From an uncultured Chloroflexia bacterium (GTDB taxonomy: Bacteria; Chloroflexota; Limnocylindria; Limnocylindrales; CSP1-4), in NCBI GenBank assembly GCA_963709605.1, contig CAVPWX010000019.1, positions 21,120 to 85,119 on the forward strand: a stretch of 64,000 nt of DNA, read 5' to 3'. Both the position numbers and the translations under genes were made by a program. Positions 14,858 through 24,977 of this stretch are shown one piece after another; position 1 is the stretch's first letter; every line of letters starts with the position of its first letter. Below the pieces are notes generated by a model. The model was not told the DNA's origin and did not search any database. It worked only from the letters and a program-made list of their open reading frames with translations.

Positions 14858-15676
14858 ATGGTGAGTCGCTCGTGGCGGGGCGCGCGGGATCCCGCGCCGG
14901 ATCGTCCGACCCGCTACGCTCATCCGGTGACCGCCTGGCCGCGCCGCGCCAAGATCGCCTTCGTCGGCTCCCACGGCATCCGCAAGACGACGGCGGCGTA
15001 CGCCTTCGCCCACACCATCCAGCGTGCCGGCCGCTCCGTGGAGTTCGCCCGGGAGGTCGTCCGCGACAACCCCCTGGGCATCAACGAGACAGCCACGGGC
15101 GAGGCCCAGCTGTGGGTCCTCGTCAGCCAGGTGCGCCAGGAGCTGGAGCTGGCCCCCAAGGCCGAGGTCCTCGTCACCGACCGGGGGGTCGTCGACAACT
15201 ACGCCTACTACCTGCGCGCCTGCGGCGGCGTCGACCGCTTCGACATCGAGCCGCTCGTGCGGAACTGGGGCGGCACGTACGACCTCGTCGTCCGCCTGAT
15301 GCCGGACATCCCGCTCCGGGAGGACGGGATCCGCACCACCAACAACGCATTCCGGGAGCTCATCGAGGAGATCCTCGACCGCGTGCTGCCGGGCTTCGTC
15401 CGGCCCGAGCGGCTGGTGACGCTGCCGGCTTCCGCGATCACCGACTCCTTCGACTGGTGGCCGCTCGCCGAACGCCTCGCCGCCATGGTGGGCGCGCCTC
15501 TCCTGGGGGACGACGTCGAGGCTGCCCGGCGGCCGCGAGCGCGCCGCGTTCCGGCCGCCCCTCCGGCTGCGGCCGTGCCCCCCGGGACCCAGCTGGACCT
15601 CGAGCTCCCGGGGGCGCCGGGGCGCCGGGGCGCCGGCGGTGACCCGCCCACGACGGGGTCGTCGCACCGACGCTGA
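14858..15676 (+). CDS. P-loop NTPase (AAA_28 / NadR-like ATP-binding protein)
   Basis: C-terminal part of ORF 13016-15676. Walker A in KIAFVGSHGIRKTTAAYAF. Walker B-like VLVTDRGVVDNY. The start is uncertain (ATG 14858 has a poor SD; GTG 14927 is an alternative). The Pro/Ala/Gly-rich tail may be low complexity. Confidence 0.6.
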   Translation: MVSRSWRGARDPAPDRPTRYAHPVTAWPRRAKIAFVGSHGIRKTTAAYAFAHTIQRAGRSVEFAREVVRDNPLGINETATGEAQLWVLVSQVRQELELAPKAEVLVTDRGVVDNYAYYLRACGGVDRFDIEPLVRNWGGTYDLVVRLMPDIPLREDGIRTTNNAFRELIEEILDRVLPGFVRPERLVTLPASAITDSFDWWPLAERLAAMVGAPLLGDDVEAARRPRARRVPAAPPAAAVPPGTQLDLELPGAPGRRGAGGDPPTTGSSHRR

Positions 15677-15787
15677 CCCGGGCGGCTCTCGATCCCGCGC
15701 GGCGTGACCTCCGGCACTGTCGCCGCGCCGTGGCGGGCCGCACGATCTGGACCGCGAACCGCAAGCGTTGCGGGAAGGAGATCGTCG

Positions 15788-16810
15788 TTGTCGGGCCGGC
15801 ATGTCGTCGCGGCCACCCTCGGCGTCGGGGTCGCGCTCGTGGCGCTCGGCTATGCGGGCGCCAGCTGGCTGCTCTTCGACGCGGCCTCGAGGGTCGACGC
15901 CCGCTGCGGCTTCTTCGAGGACGGCACGCCTCGGTTCGGCGAGTACACGCCGGCCTCCTTCGGGACCGACGGGGTCTCCGACGACAGCCTGGCGGAAGGA
16001 TTCGACACCGCCCCGTACGCGATGCCGGACTACGAGGAGGTCCGCTTCGAGAGTCGCGACGGTGTCGACCTCGTCGCCTGGTGGGTGCCCGGCGCCTCGC
16101 CCGACGCCCCGGCCGTCGTCGTCGTCCACGGCAAGGGGAGCTGCCGCCGCGACCCGGTGGTCCTCCTCCCGGCGGGGATGCTCAACCGGTACGGCTTCGC
16201 CGTCCTCATCGTCGACGTGCGCGACATGGGCGACTCGGAGGTCATCGACGGCCGCTACAGCGGCGGGACGCAGGAGTACCCGGACGCGCTCAGCGCGTGG
16301 GACTGGCTCCGCGCCCGCGGCCTCCCGGCCGAGTCGATCGGACTCCTCGGCGAGTCGAACGGCGCCGCCACCGTGGTGATCGCGGCGGGCGAGGAGCCCG
16401 AGATCGCCGCGACCTGGGAGGACAGCGGCTACTCCGACACGCCGACCATGATCCGGGAGGAGGTGCGGTACCAGGGCTACCCGGAGATCCTGACCGAGGG
16501 GGCGATGCTGTGGGCCCGGCTCTTCGGGATCGACCTGGAAGAGCGGCGGCCGATCGACGCGATCGCCAAGCTCGGGAGCCGCCCGCTCCAGGTGGTCCAC
16601 GGCACGTCCGACGACCGGGTCCAGCCGCACCACGCCCTCGACTTCGTCAGGGCCCGCGAGGAGGTCGTGGGCAAGGCCGGCCAGGGCGTCGAGCCCTGGT
16701 TCGTGACCGGTGGCGAGCACGTCGAGTCGTCGTTCCTCGTCCCCGACGAGTACGAGCGGCGGCTCGTCGCGTTCTTCTCGGACGCCCTCGGGGCCCCGCA
16801 GGCGCCCTGA
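15788..16810 (+). CDS. membrane-anchored alpha/beta hydrolase (dienelactone hydrolase / S9-like)
   Basis: ORF 15704-16810 with start placed at TTG 15788, 7 nt after GGGAAGGAG. TM VVAATLGVGVALVALGYAGASWLLF. Motifs VVVVHGKG, nucleophile elbow IGLLGESNGAA, and HGTSDDRV..GGEH. Confidence 0.75.
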   Translation: MSGRHVVAATLGVGVALVALGYAGASWLLFDAASRVDARCGFFEDGTPRFGEYTPASFGTDGVSDDSLAEGFDTAPYAMPDYEEVRFESRDGVDLVAWWVPGASPDAPAVVVVHGKGSCRRDPVVLLPAGMLNRYGFAVLIVDVRDMGDSEVIDGRYSGGTQEYPDALSAWDWLRARGLPAESIGLLGESNGAATVVIAAGEEPEIAATWEDSGYSDTPTMIREEVRYQGYPEILTEGAMLWARLFGIDLEERRPIDAIAKLGSRPLQVVHGTSDDRVQPHHALDFVRAREEVVGKAGQGVEPWFVTGGEHVESSFLVPDEYERRLVAFFSDALGAPQAP

Positions 16811-16913
16811 GCCGCGTCGCGGCCCAGGACTCCCGGTGGTGCCTGGCGTCGCCCGCGCGCCGGGTGCGTTACGCTCCGCGCGATCCGCCTGCCACCAATC
16901 ACGGAGCCCGCCC

Positions 16914-17486
16914 ATGTCCTTCCTGCGCCGCCTCTTCGGCGGAGACGAGCCCGCCCCGGTCCCCGCCACCCCGCCGCCCGCCCCCGCGCCCTCGCCGGAG
17001 GCCGAGACGGCGACGGTGCGCAAGATCGTCGCCCGTCTCGAGGCGCTCCCGCCCGATCGCGCCCGGCTCCTGGCCGGGGCGGCCTACGTGGTGACGCGGG
17101 CGGCGAACGCCGACCTCGAGATCACCGACGAGGAGGCCGCCGTCGTCGAGCAGGCCCTCGTGGAGAAGACCGGCATCACGGAGGCCGAGGCGGTGATCGT
17201 CGTCGAGGTCGCGCGGCAGCAGGCGCGCCTCTTCGGCTCGACCGAGGACTACCTGGTCACTCGCGAGTTCAAGCGCGTCGCGACCCCCGAGCAGCGCCTC
17301 GGCGTCATGCGCGCGTGCTTCCTCGTCGCTGCCGCGAACGACGAGATCTCGTCCCCCGAGAGCGCGGTCCTCAACCAGATCGCCACCGAGCTCGAGATCG
17401 ATCCGGCCGACTTCGACGCCATCCGGAGCGAGCACCGGGAGCAGCTCTCGGTGATCAGGGCGATCCGTACCGTCCAGGGCGGCTGA
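16914..17486 (+). CDS. TerB-family (tellurite-resistance TerB-like) protein
   Basis: ATG 16914 in ORF 16710-17486. Two TerB-like halves: AAYVVTRAANADLEITDEEAAVVEQAL and MRACFLVAAANDEISSPESAVLNQIATELEI. Confidence 0.55.
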   Translation: MSFLRRLFGGDEPAPVPATPPPAPAPSPEAETATVRKIVARLEALPPDRARLLAGAAYVVTRAANADLEITDEEAAVVEQALVEKTGITEAEAVIVVEVARQQARLFGSTEDYLVTREFKRVATPEQRLGVMRACFLVAAANDEISSPESAVLNQIATELEIDPADFDAIRSEHREQLSVIRAIRTVQGG

Positions 17487-17504
17487 CGGGGGCCCCGGGG
17501 CGGC

Positions 17505-17599
17505 GCCGGGCGAGGGTGCCGCCGCCGGGCGAGGGTGCCGCCGCCGGGCGAGGGTGCCGCCGCCGGGCGAGGGTGCCGCCGCCGGGCGAGGGTGCCGCC
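17505..17599. repeat. five perfect tandem copies of a 19-nt unit GCCGGGCGAGGGTGCCGCC
   Basis: Units at 17505, 17524, 17543, 17562 and 17581, followed by a partial sixth (GCCGGC). The array is intergenic between the convergent TerB-like gene (stop 17486) and dnaE (stop 17662). Confidence 0.95.
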
Positions 17600-17661
17600 G
17601 CCGGCGCACGACGACGCGCGACGAAGATCGCCGGTGCGGCCGCGACGGGCCGGTTCCGCGA

Positions 17662-20600
17662 TCAGGCCGGGGCAGCATCCTCCTGGCCATCCGACGCCAG
17701 GGCGATCTCCACGATGCCGGGGCGCAGGCGGCGGGCCACCTCCGCGACCAGCTCGGCGTCGTAGGCGACGCCGCCGCGGAGCTCCATCGGGAGCGTCGGC
17801 CGACCGGATCCCTGGGGCAGATGCACCGTGACGCGCGTCGCGCCGGGCCGCTCGCGGAACAGGTCGCGAACGGCGGCCATCGCCCCCTGCAGCTCGTCCG
17901 CGGGGAGCCCCGCCGAGAAGCTTACGTGCAGCCGACCATCAGGCCCCGCCTCGCGGGGCAGCGTCGGCGCCGCCGCCGTGGCAGCCACGGCCTCGCGCGC
18001 CTCGTCGGGGAACAGCGGCTCGTCGCGGTCGGGGGCGGCGGCCGCGAGATCGGCGGGCTCGAGCGAGCCCGGCACCGGCTCGGGCGGCGAGGGGGCCGGC
18101 ACGGGACGCGGCGCAGGACCGGGAGCCGCCGCGTCCGAGCGGATCGGCGAGGTGGCCGCCGGCACGGTCGCCGGGGCAAGCGCCGCCGCTCCACGGGGCG
18201 CGACCTCGTGGCCCGGCGGGCCGCGGCGGCCGGAGGGCCCCTGCCCGCCCGCGCCGTTGCCGTTCGCCTTCCCGTTGCCGTTCCCGCTCCCGTTTCCGTT
18301 GCCCTGCCGGCCGCGCGGGCGCCCGCGGTCGGCCGCGGCAACCTCGGCCGCGAACGCCTCTTCGCCGGTCGTCGTCGCCGCGTCGAAGTCGCGAACCAGA
18401 TCGGCGAGCAGCGAGATGTCCTCGCCGCGGTGGTCGATCCGGCCGGCGACGAGGAGGATCGCGCCCGCCTGCCACGTCGGTGCCGTCTGCTCGTAGAGCC
18501 GCGGGAAGACGACGACCTCGATCGAGCCCTGGAGGTCCTCCAGGGTGGCCACGGCCATCGTGGCGCGGGCCTTCGTGACGACGGTCCGGACCCCGGTCAC
18601 GACGCCGCCCACCACGATCCGCTGGCCCTCGAGCGACTCGTCCTTCAGGTCCCCGGAATAGGCCGTGACGAACCGCCCGATCCGCTCGGCCACCTCGCCC
18701 AGGGGATGGTCCGAGAGGTAGAGGCCGAGGAGCTCCTTCTCCCAGCGGAGCCGCTCGCGGACCGGGACCTCCGTGGCCTCCGGCAGCGGCGCCTCGAGCG
18801 CGGCCGGCTCGGCCGCCATGTCGAAGAAGCTGATCTGGCCCGATGCCCGCTCGCGCTGGTCGGCCTGGGCCGCGGCCAGGACGTCGTCGAGGGCCAGGAG
18901 GAGCTGGGCCGGATGGCCGAAGGCGTTGAGGGCGCCCACCTTGACGAGCGACTCGAGGACCCGCTTGTTGACGAGGCGGAGGTCGACGCGGCCGCAGAAG
19001 TCGGCGAACGAGCGGAAGGGGCCGCCCTCGTCGCGGGCGGCGATGATCGACTCGATCGCGCCCTGGCCCACGTTCTTCACGGCGAGGAGCCCGAAGCGGA
19101 TCGCCTCTCCCTCCACGGTGAACTCGAGGTGGCTGGTGTGCACGTCGGGCGGGAGGACGGCGATGCCGAGCCGGCGGCACTCGGCGACGGCCGCGGCCAC
19201 CTTCTCCTCCTTGTCCCGGAAGGCGGTCAGCACGCTGGTCATGTACTCGACGGTGTAGTTCGCCTTGAGGTATGCCGTCTGGTAGGCGACGAGGCCGTAC
19301 GTCGTCGCGTGGGCCTTGTTGAAGCCATAGCGCTCGAAGGGCTCGAAGGCCTTGAAGACCGCGTCGATCGTCTCCGGGCGCACCCCCCGCTCGGCGGCCT
19401 GGGTCACGAACTGGTCCTTCATCGAGCGCAGGACGTTCGACTTCTTCTTGCGGATCGCGTAGCCGAGGGTGTCGGCCTCCGGGCCGCTGAAGCCGCCCAG
19501 GGCGGTCGCGGCGGCCATGATGTCCTCCTGGTAGACGAAGATCCCGTGGGTCCGCTCGAGGAACGGCTCGAGGAGCGGGTGGAGGTAGGTCACCTTCTCC
19601 TGGCCGTGCTTGCGCCGGATGTAGGCCGGGATGTTGTCCATCGGCCCGGGCCGGTAGAGGGCGACCATCGCCGCCAGGTCGTACACGGACGTCGGGCGGA
19701 GCTCGCGGACGTAGCGGCGCATCCCCGCCGATTCCAGCTGGAAGACGCCCGTCGTCTCGCCCGACGCCAGCAGCTCGAAGGTCCGTGCGTCGTCGAGGGG
19801 GATGGCCTCGAGGTCGATCTCGACGCCGCGGTGCTCCCGGATGAGGTCGACGGCCGCGCGCAGGATCGTCAGGTTCGAGAGGCCCAGGAAATCGAACTTG
19901 AGCAGCCCCAGGGCCTCGATGCCGTGCATCTCGTACTGGGTCATCGTGGCGTCGGAGTTCGTGGCCCTCTGGAGCGGCATCAGCTCGGTCAGCGGCTCGC
20001 GGCTGATCACGACGCCGGCGGCGTGCGTGGAGGCGTTGCGGGCGACCCCTTCGAGCTGCCTCGCGAAGTCGATGATCCGGCGCACCGTCGGGTCCGCGTC
20101 GTGCATCTCGCGCAGCTGCGGGCTGACCTGGAGGGCCTCGTCGAGGCGGATGCCGAGCTGGTTCGGGACCGCCTTCGCGATCCGGTCGACATCACCGTAG
20201 GGGCTCCCGAGGACCCGGCCGACGTCGCGTATCGCCGCCCGGGCGAGCATCGTCCCGAAGGTGATGATCTGCGCGACGTGGTCGGTGCCGTACTTGCGGG
20301 AGACGTAGCTGATGACCTCGTCGCGCCGGCCGTCCTCGAAGTCGACGTCGATGTCGGGCATCGTCACCCGGTCGGGGTTGAGGAAGCGCTCGAACGGCAG
20401 CTGGTAGTGGATGGGGTCGACCGGAGTGATCCCCAGCGTGTAGGTGACGATCGATCCCGGGGCGCTCCCCCGGCACGTCGTCTGGATCCCCTGCTCCCGG
20501 GCGAAGCGGACGAAGTCGGCGACGATGAGGAAGTAGCCGGCGTACCCCATCGAGGTGATCACGCCCAGCTCGTAGTCGAGTCGCGCCTGGAGCTCCGGGG

Positions 20601-21556
20601 TGGCCGTCCCATAGCGGCGGGCGAGGCCGCGCTCGCATTCGGCCCGCAGCCAGCTCTCGGCGGTCTCCCCCGCCGGCACCGGGAAGTGCGGGATCCGCAG
20701 CTGGCCGAGGGGCAGCTCCAGGTCCACCATCTCGGCGACCCGGCGCGTGTTCCGGTAGGCCTCGACCTGGTCCGGGAAGAGGGCGAACATCTCGGCGGTC
20801 GACTTCAGGTAGAACTCGGGGGTCTCGAACCGCAGGCGTCCGGGCGTGTCGAGGTTGCTGCCCGTCCCGACGCAGAGCAGGACGTCGTGGGCCTCGGCCT
20901 GGGACTTGTGGACGTAGTGAAGGTCGTTGGTCACGACGAGGGGGAGCCCGGTCTCGCGGGCCAGCCGGAGGAGCTTCGGGTTGAGCGCGGCCTGCTCGGG
21001 GAGCCCGTGGTCCTGCAGCTCGAGGTAGAAGCCGTCCTTCCCGAAGATCTCCCCGTACTCGCCGGCGAGGCGGGTCGCCAGCTCCCGGTCGTCGACCTCG
21101 AGCGCCTTCGGGATCTCCCCGCCGAGGCAGGCCGACATGCCGATGAGCCCCTCGGCGTGGCGGGCGAGGTGCTCGCGATCGATGCGGGGCTTGTAGTAGT
21201 AGCCCTCGAGGTGGGCGTCGGTCATGAGCCGGCAGAGGTTCCGGTACCCGACCAGGTCCTTCGCCAGGAGGACCAGGTGGAAGGGCTGGGCGTCGGCTTT
21301 GCCCTCCTTGTCGCGCATCGAACGGCGCGCCACGTAGGTCTCCACGCCGAGGATCGGCTTGATCCCCTTGGCCCGGGCGGCCTGGTAGAAGGCGACGGCG
21401 CCGTAGAGGGCGCCGTGGTCGGTCAGGGCGAGGGAATCGAGGCCCAGCCGCTCGGCCTCGTCGACGAGATCGCCGAATTCGGCCCAGGCCGTCGAGAAGG
21501 GAGAACTCGGAGTGGACGTGAAGATGAGTGAAGTCTCGGGCACTGAGGGTCGTCAC
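17662..21556 (-). CDS. dnaE: DNA polymerase III alpha subunit; apparent +1 frameshift near 21476-21479
   Basis: ORF 17662-21543 (1293 aa) carries the PHP, polymerase core, HhH and OB regions. The true N-terminus MTTLSARDFTHLHVHSEFSLLDGLGRI is in ORF 20192-21556 and joins GDLVDEAERLGLDSLALTDHG after removing one base from GAATTC. Confidence 0.9.
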
Positions 21557-21629
21557 GGGAGGTCAATGGTAGCCGGGGCCGACGATGGGAGCGGTGGACG
21601 ATTGGCTCTGTTGACGGTAGGCTCGGCGA

Positions 21630-22040
21630 ATGGGAGATGGTGAAGCTCCGGAGCCCGCGCCCGCTGGCACCGCGCCAGGCGTCGACCCGACGGCCCTGCA
21701 GATCGTCCGGACGCCGGTCACGCTCGTGGGCCTTGAGGCGATGGCGGAGAGCATGTTCGGCAACCTCGTGAAGGCCGTCGTTGACGTCGAGCGGGGCGTC
21801 ATGGCGATCGGGGGCGAGATGCACGCCGACGAGGAGGCACTGCTCCTCGGCGATGGTTCTCCTCAGGCGAGCCTGTGGGGCATCAACCTCTACCCGGCGG
21901 AGTTCGGCAGCGCCAGGTTCATCGAGTTCGACTCGGTGGTCAACATCCGCCCGAGGCTGGGCAACCGCACGCGGTCGGTCGATGATGCCGTCGCGCGCGC
22001 GGCGATCACCGCGGTCGTCGACCGGCTGGTCACGCGATGA
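21630..22040 (+). CDS. conserved hypothetical protein (resembles the DUF5674 family)
   Basis: ORF 21630-22040. Motif VVDVERGVMAIGGEMHADEEALLLGDGSPQASLWGINLYP. Confidence 0.55.
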   Translation: MGDGEAPEPAPAGTAPGVDPTALQIVRTPVTLVGLEAMAESMFGNLVKAVVDVERGVMAIGGEMHADEEALLLGDGSPQASLWGINLYPAEFGSARFIEFDSVVNIRPRLGNRTRSVDDAVARAAITAVVDRLVTR

Positions 22041-22369
22041 CGATCCACGCCGGCCTGGCGAGCGGCCGCTGGTGGACGCTCAGCCTGGCCGAGCAGCTTG
22101 GCAACGCCGGAGCCGATGTCGGCCGCGCGATCCGGGCCAGGGACGAACGCGATCAGGGTCGTTTCGACGCGGCGTTCGACCGAGCGCTCGAGCTGCTCGA
22201 CCTCACCCTCGCCGACCCTCGTTGGAGCGGCCCCCGCCTTCGCGAGATCGCGCGCACGCGCGAGGTCGTTTGCGACTTCCTCGTCGGCGACAACCGCTAC
22301 GGCTCCACCCCCGAGGTGCTCGACAACTACTTCCTCGCCTTCGCCATCGCGGCTCGGCGCAACAGGTAG
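22037..22369 (+). CDS. conserved hypothetical protein
   Basis: ORF 22037-22369 has an ATGA start/stop overlap with the previous gene. Sequence: WWTLSLAEQLGNAGADVGRAI..ALELLDLTLADPRW..VVCDFLVGDNRYGSTPEVLDNYFLAFAIAARRN. I do not assign a family name. Confidence 0.55.
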   Translation: MTIHAGLASGRWWTLSLAEQLGNAGADVGRAIRARDERDQGRFDAAFDRALELLDLTLADPRWSGPRLREIARTREVVCDFLVGDNRYGSTPEVLDNYFLAFAIAARRNR

Positions 22370-22540
22370 GGGGGCCAGTGGACGTCGCCGTCGGATCCCG
22401 CCGTGACCGGCGGACTCCCTCGCCGGTCGCCGGCCTCCCGGGGCCGCGCTCGTCCGCGATCGCCGACGGGCCGCCTCGCGCGCCGCTACGATCGCCGCGA
22501 GGGCGAAAGCGCGCTCGCGGAGCAACGATCGGAGTGGGCA

Positions 22541-23398
22541 ATGGACGTCACGCTGCGCCGCGCCACCGCGGCCGACACGCCGGAGTGCGGGCGCATCCTC
22601 TACGAGGCGTTCGCGACGCTGGCGGACCGCCACGGCTTCCCGCACGACTTCCCCTCGATCGAGGCCGCGACGAGGAGCATGGGCGCCCTGGTCGGCAACC
22701 CGGGGTTCCACGGCATCGTCGCGGAGGTCGACGGCCGTGTCGTCGGCAGCTCCTTCCTCGATGAGCGCTCCACGATCCACGCGATCGGGCCGGTGAGCGT
22801 CGACCCGACGGCGCAGGATCATCATGTCGGCCGCGTCCTCATGGTCGCGATGCTCGAGAGGGCGAAGGAGACGGGCACCCCGGGCGTGCGCCTCGTGCAG
22901 ATCTCGTACCACAACCGGTCGCTGAGCCTGTACGCCAAGCTCGGGATGGACGTGCGCGCGACCTTCGCGGCGATGCACGGGGATCCCCTGCACGTCTCGT
23001 TCCCGGGCTATGCCGTGCGCACCGCGACCGAGGCCGACGAGGCGGCCTGCAACGCCCTGTGCCTGCGCGTCCACGGCCACACGCGGGCGGGCGAGCTGCG
23101 CGGGCCGATCGCACACGGCAACGCGAAGGTCGTCGAGCGCCTCGGGCGGATCACCGCCTACACGACGGGCGTCCACTACTTCGGCCACTCGGTCGCGGAG
23201 ACGAACGACGACCTCCAGGCGCTCATCGGCGCCGCGGACGACTTCGGGACGCCGGGCCTCATCGTCCCCCTCGACAACGGCGAGCTCTTCCGCTGGTGCC
23301 TGGCCCACGGGCTGCGCGTCTTCTTCGTCCAGAACCTGATGGCGCTCGGCGTCTACCAGGAGCCGCGCGGCGCGTACCTCCCCTCCGTGGGCTACTGA
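22541..23398 (+). CDS. GNAT-family N-acetyltransferase (two-domain)
   Basis: ATG 22541 in ORF 22403-23398. Sequence: MDVTLRRATAADTPECGRILYEAF...VSVDPTAQDHHVGRVLMVAMLERAKETGTPGVRLVQ. Confidence 0.75.
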   Translation: MDVTLRRATAADTPECGRILYEAFATLADRHGFPHDFPSIEAATRSMGALVGNPGFHGIVAEVDGRVVGSSFLDERSTIHAIGPVSVDPTAQDHHVGRVLMVAMLERAKETGTPGVRLVQISYHNRSLSLYAKLGMDVRATFAAMHGDPLHVSFPGYAVRTATEADEAACNALCLRVHGHTRAGELRGPIAHGNAKVVERLGRITAYTTGVHYFGHSVAETNDDLQALIGAADDFGTPGLIVPLDNGELFRWCLAHGLRVFFVQNLMALGVYQEPRGAYLPSVGY

Positions 23399-23473
23399 CG
23401 GACTGCCGCACGTCTGGCGGGGCTCGAAGCCCGTCGCGAGACACCCGGGCCGGATCGGCGCTAGGCTCGTGGG

Positions 23474-23863
23474 ATGGAACACGCCGAGCGAGCCGGTGCC
23501 GGCGGGCCGGACCCCTTCGAGACCGCCCTCGCGGATGCCATCGAGCGGCTGCCCGACGAGTACCGGGCCCAGCTGGCGACGGTCGCGGTCGTCATCGCGG
23601 ACGAGCCGTCGGCAGAGGAGCTGGCGTTGACCGGCGCGCAGGGGCTGCTCGGTCTCTACCGGGGCGTGCCGCGGACGGTCCTCGGCGCCGGCCACGCGGC
23701 GATCCCCAGCGTCATCACCCTCTACCGCGGCCCGCTGGAGCGCATGTACCGGGGCCCGGTCGCTCTCGTCGAGGGGGTCGAGGAGACGCTGCGCCACGAG
23801 CTGGCCCATCACCTCGGGATCTCCGACGCCCGGCTCGGCGAGCTGCGGCGCGGGGAGCGCTGA
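23474..23863 (+). CDS. zincin-like metallopeptidase family protein (HExxH)
   Basis: ORF 23474-23863. Motifs VAVVIADEPS..LLGLYRGVP and ETLRHELAHHLG. Confidence 0.65.
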   Translation: MEHAERAGAGGPDPFETALADAIERLPDEYRAQLATVAVVIADEPSAEELALTGAQGLLGLYRGVPRTVLGAGHAAIPSVITLYRGPLERMYRGPVALVEGVEETLRHELAHHLGISDARLGELRRGER

Positions 23864-23930
23864 GGCCGCGACCGAGCCGGCCGCGCCGGGCGTCACGCTC
23901 GGCCGTGGGCCGGACCGGCCGCGCCGGCCG

Positions 23931-24977
23931 TCACCCGAAGGAGGCGATCGCCTCCACGAGCAGGTCGACGAAGCGGCCCCGGTCGATGTGGACGCCGACC
24001 TCGACGTTCGGGGGGAGGCCGCGGAGGCCCTCCCTGTCGGCCACGGTGCGGCCACGGGTCAGCTCCCCGGCCGTCTCCACGTCGACGCGCAGCAGCTCCG
24101 TCACGACGAGGCCCGGCACCGCCAGGTGGGCGACCGCCACGGCGTCGTGGATCGGCGAGCCGTCCCAGCCGTAGCGCCGCCGGTGGTAGACCGCGAAGAA
24201 GCGCAGGAGGTCGACCCAGATCCGGGCGATCCGCGTGCCGAGCGCCTCCAGGCGGGCCACGTCCGGCTCCAGGAAGAGGGCCTGGTGGGTGACGTCGAGG
24301 CCCATCATCGAGACCGGGATCCCGCTCCCGAAGACGATCGCGGCGGCCTCCGGGTCCTGCCAGATGTTGAACTCCGCGGCCGCCGTGGTGTTCCCCTCCC
24401 CCAGCGAGCCGCCCATGAGGCAGATCCGCTCGATGCTCTCGCGGATGCGCGGGCGCGCCCGCAGGAGCAGCGCGACGTTGGTCAGCGGCCCGGTCGCCAC
24501 CAGGGTGACCGGGCGGCCGGCCCCCGCCACCAGCGCCTCGGTCAGCGCGAGGGCGCCCTCGGGGCGGGGCGCCGCCTCCGGCTCCGGCAGGTCCGCCCCG
24601 TCGAGGCCGCTCTCGCCGTGGAACTCGACCGGGGTCCAGCTCTCGCGCAGGAGCGGCCGCTCGGCGCCCGGCGCAATCGGCACGTCCGACCGCCCCAGCA
24701 GCGCCAGCACCCGCAGCGCGTTGCGGGTCGTGTTGGCGAGCGGCGAGTTGCCGCCGACCGTGGTGATCCCGAGGACGTCCAGCTCGGGCCGGGCGAGCGC
24801 GAGCGTGATCGCCAGGGCGTCGTCGTGGCCCGGATCGCAGTCGAGGACGATCGGCCGCGGGCCGTCCCGCCCGCGGGCGTCCTCCGCGGCCGGGCGCAGG
24901 GGCTCGGCGGCGGCGACCGATGTCGAGCCGCCCGCCGGGGCGGGCCCCGGCGCAGCCGCGCTTCCCTTCCCGCTCAC
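23931..24977 (-). CDS. nucleoside hydrolase (inosine/uridine-preferring family)
   Basis: ORF 23931-24977. The motif IVLDCDPGHDDALAITLAL contains the DxDxxxDD signature. The GTG start overlaps the stop of the upstream permease (GTGA). Confidence 0.85.
   Translation of the reverse strand: MSGKGSAAAPGPAPAGGSTSVAAAEPLRPAAEDARGRDGPRPIVLDCDPGHDDALAITLALARPELDVLGITTVGGNSPLANTTRNALRVLALLGRSDVPIAPGAERPLLRESWTPVEFHGESGLDGADLPEPEAAPRPEGALALTEALVAGAGRPVTLVATGPLTNVALLLRARPRIRESIERICLMGGSLGEGNTTAAAEFNIWQDPEAAAIVFGSGIPVSMMGLDVTHQALFLEPDVARLEALGTRIARIWVDLLRFFAVYHRRRYGWDGSPIHDAVAVAHLAVPGLVVTELLRVDVETAGELTRGRTVADREGLRGLPPNVEVGVHIDRGRFVDLLVEAIASFG

Noticed and set aside
17505-17599. 19-nt tandem repeat as a CRISPR array
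   Set aside because: The units are directly adjacent with no spacers. They are only 19 nt long, and no cas genes are present in the window.
17554-21531. 1325-aa ORF on the + strand, with similar giant ORFs at 47949-51050 (+), 51753-54311 (+), 12060-14045 (-), 1882-3297 (-) and 14774-17023 (-)
   Set aside because: Each lies antisense or out of frame to a well-supported gene (dnaE, pcrA, groEL, the Ig-like protein, sigma/anti-sigma, the hydrolase). Their translations are Arg/Gly/Pro/Ala-rich low complexity without GC3 bias. This is the typical stop-codon-poor artefact of very GC-rich DNA.
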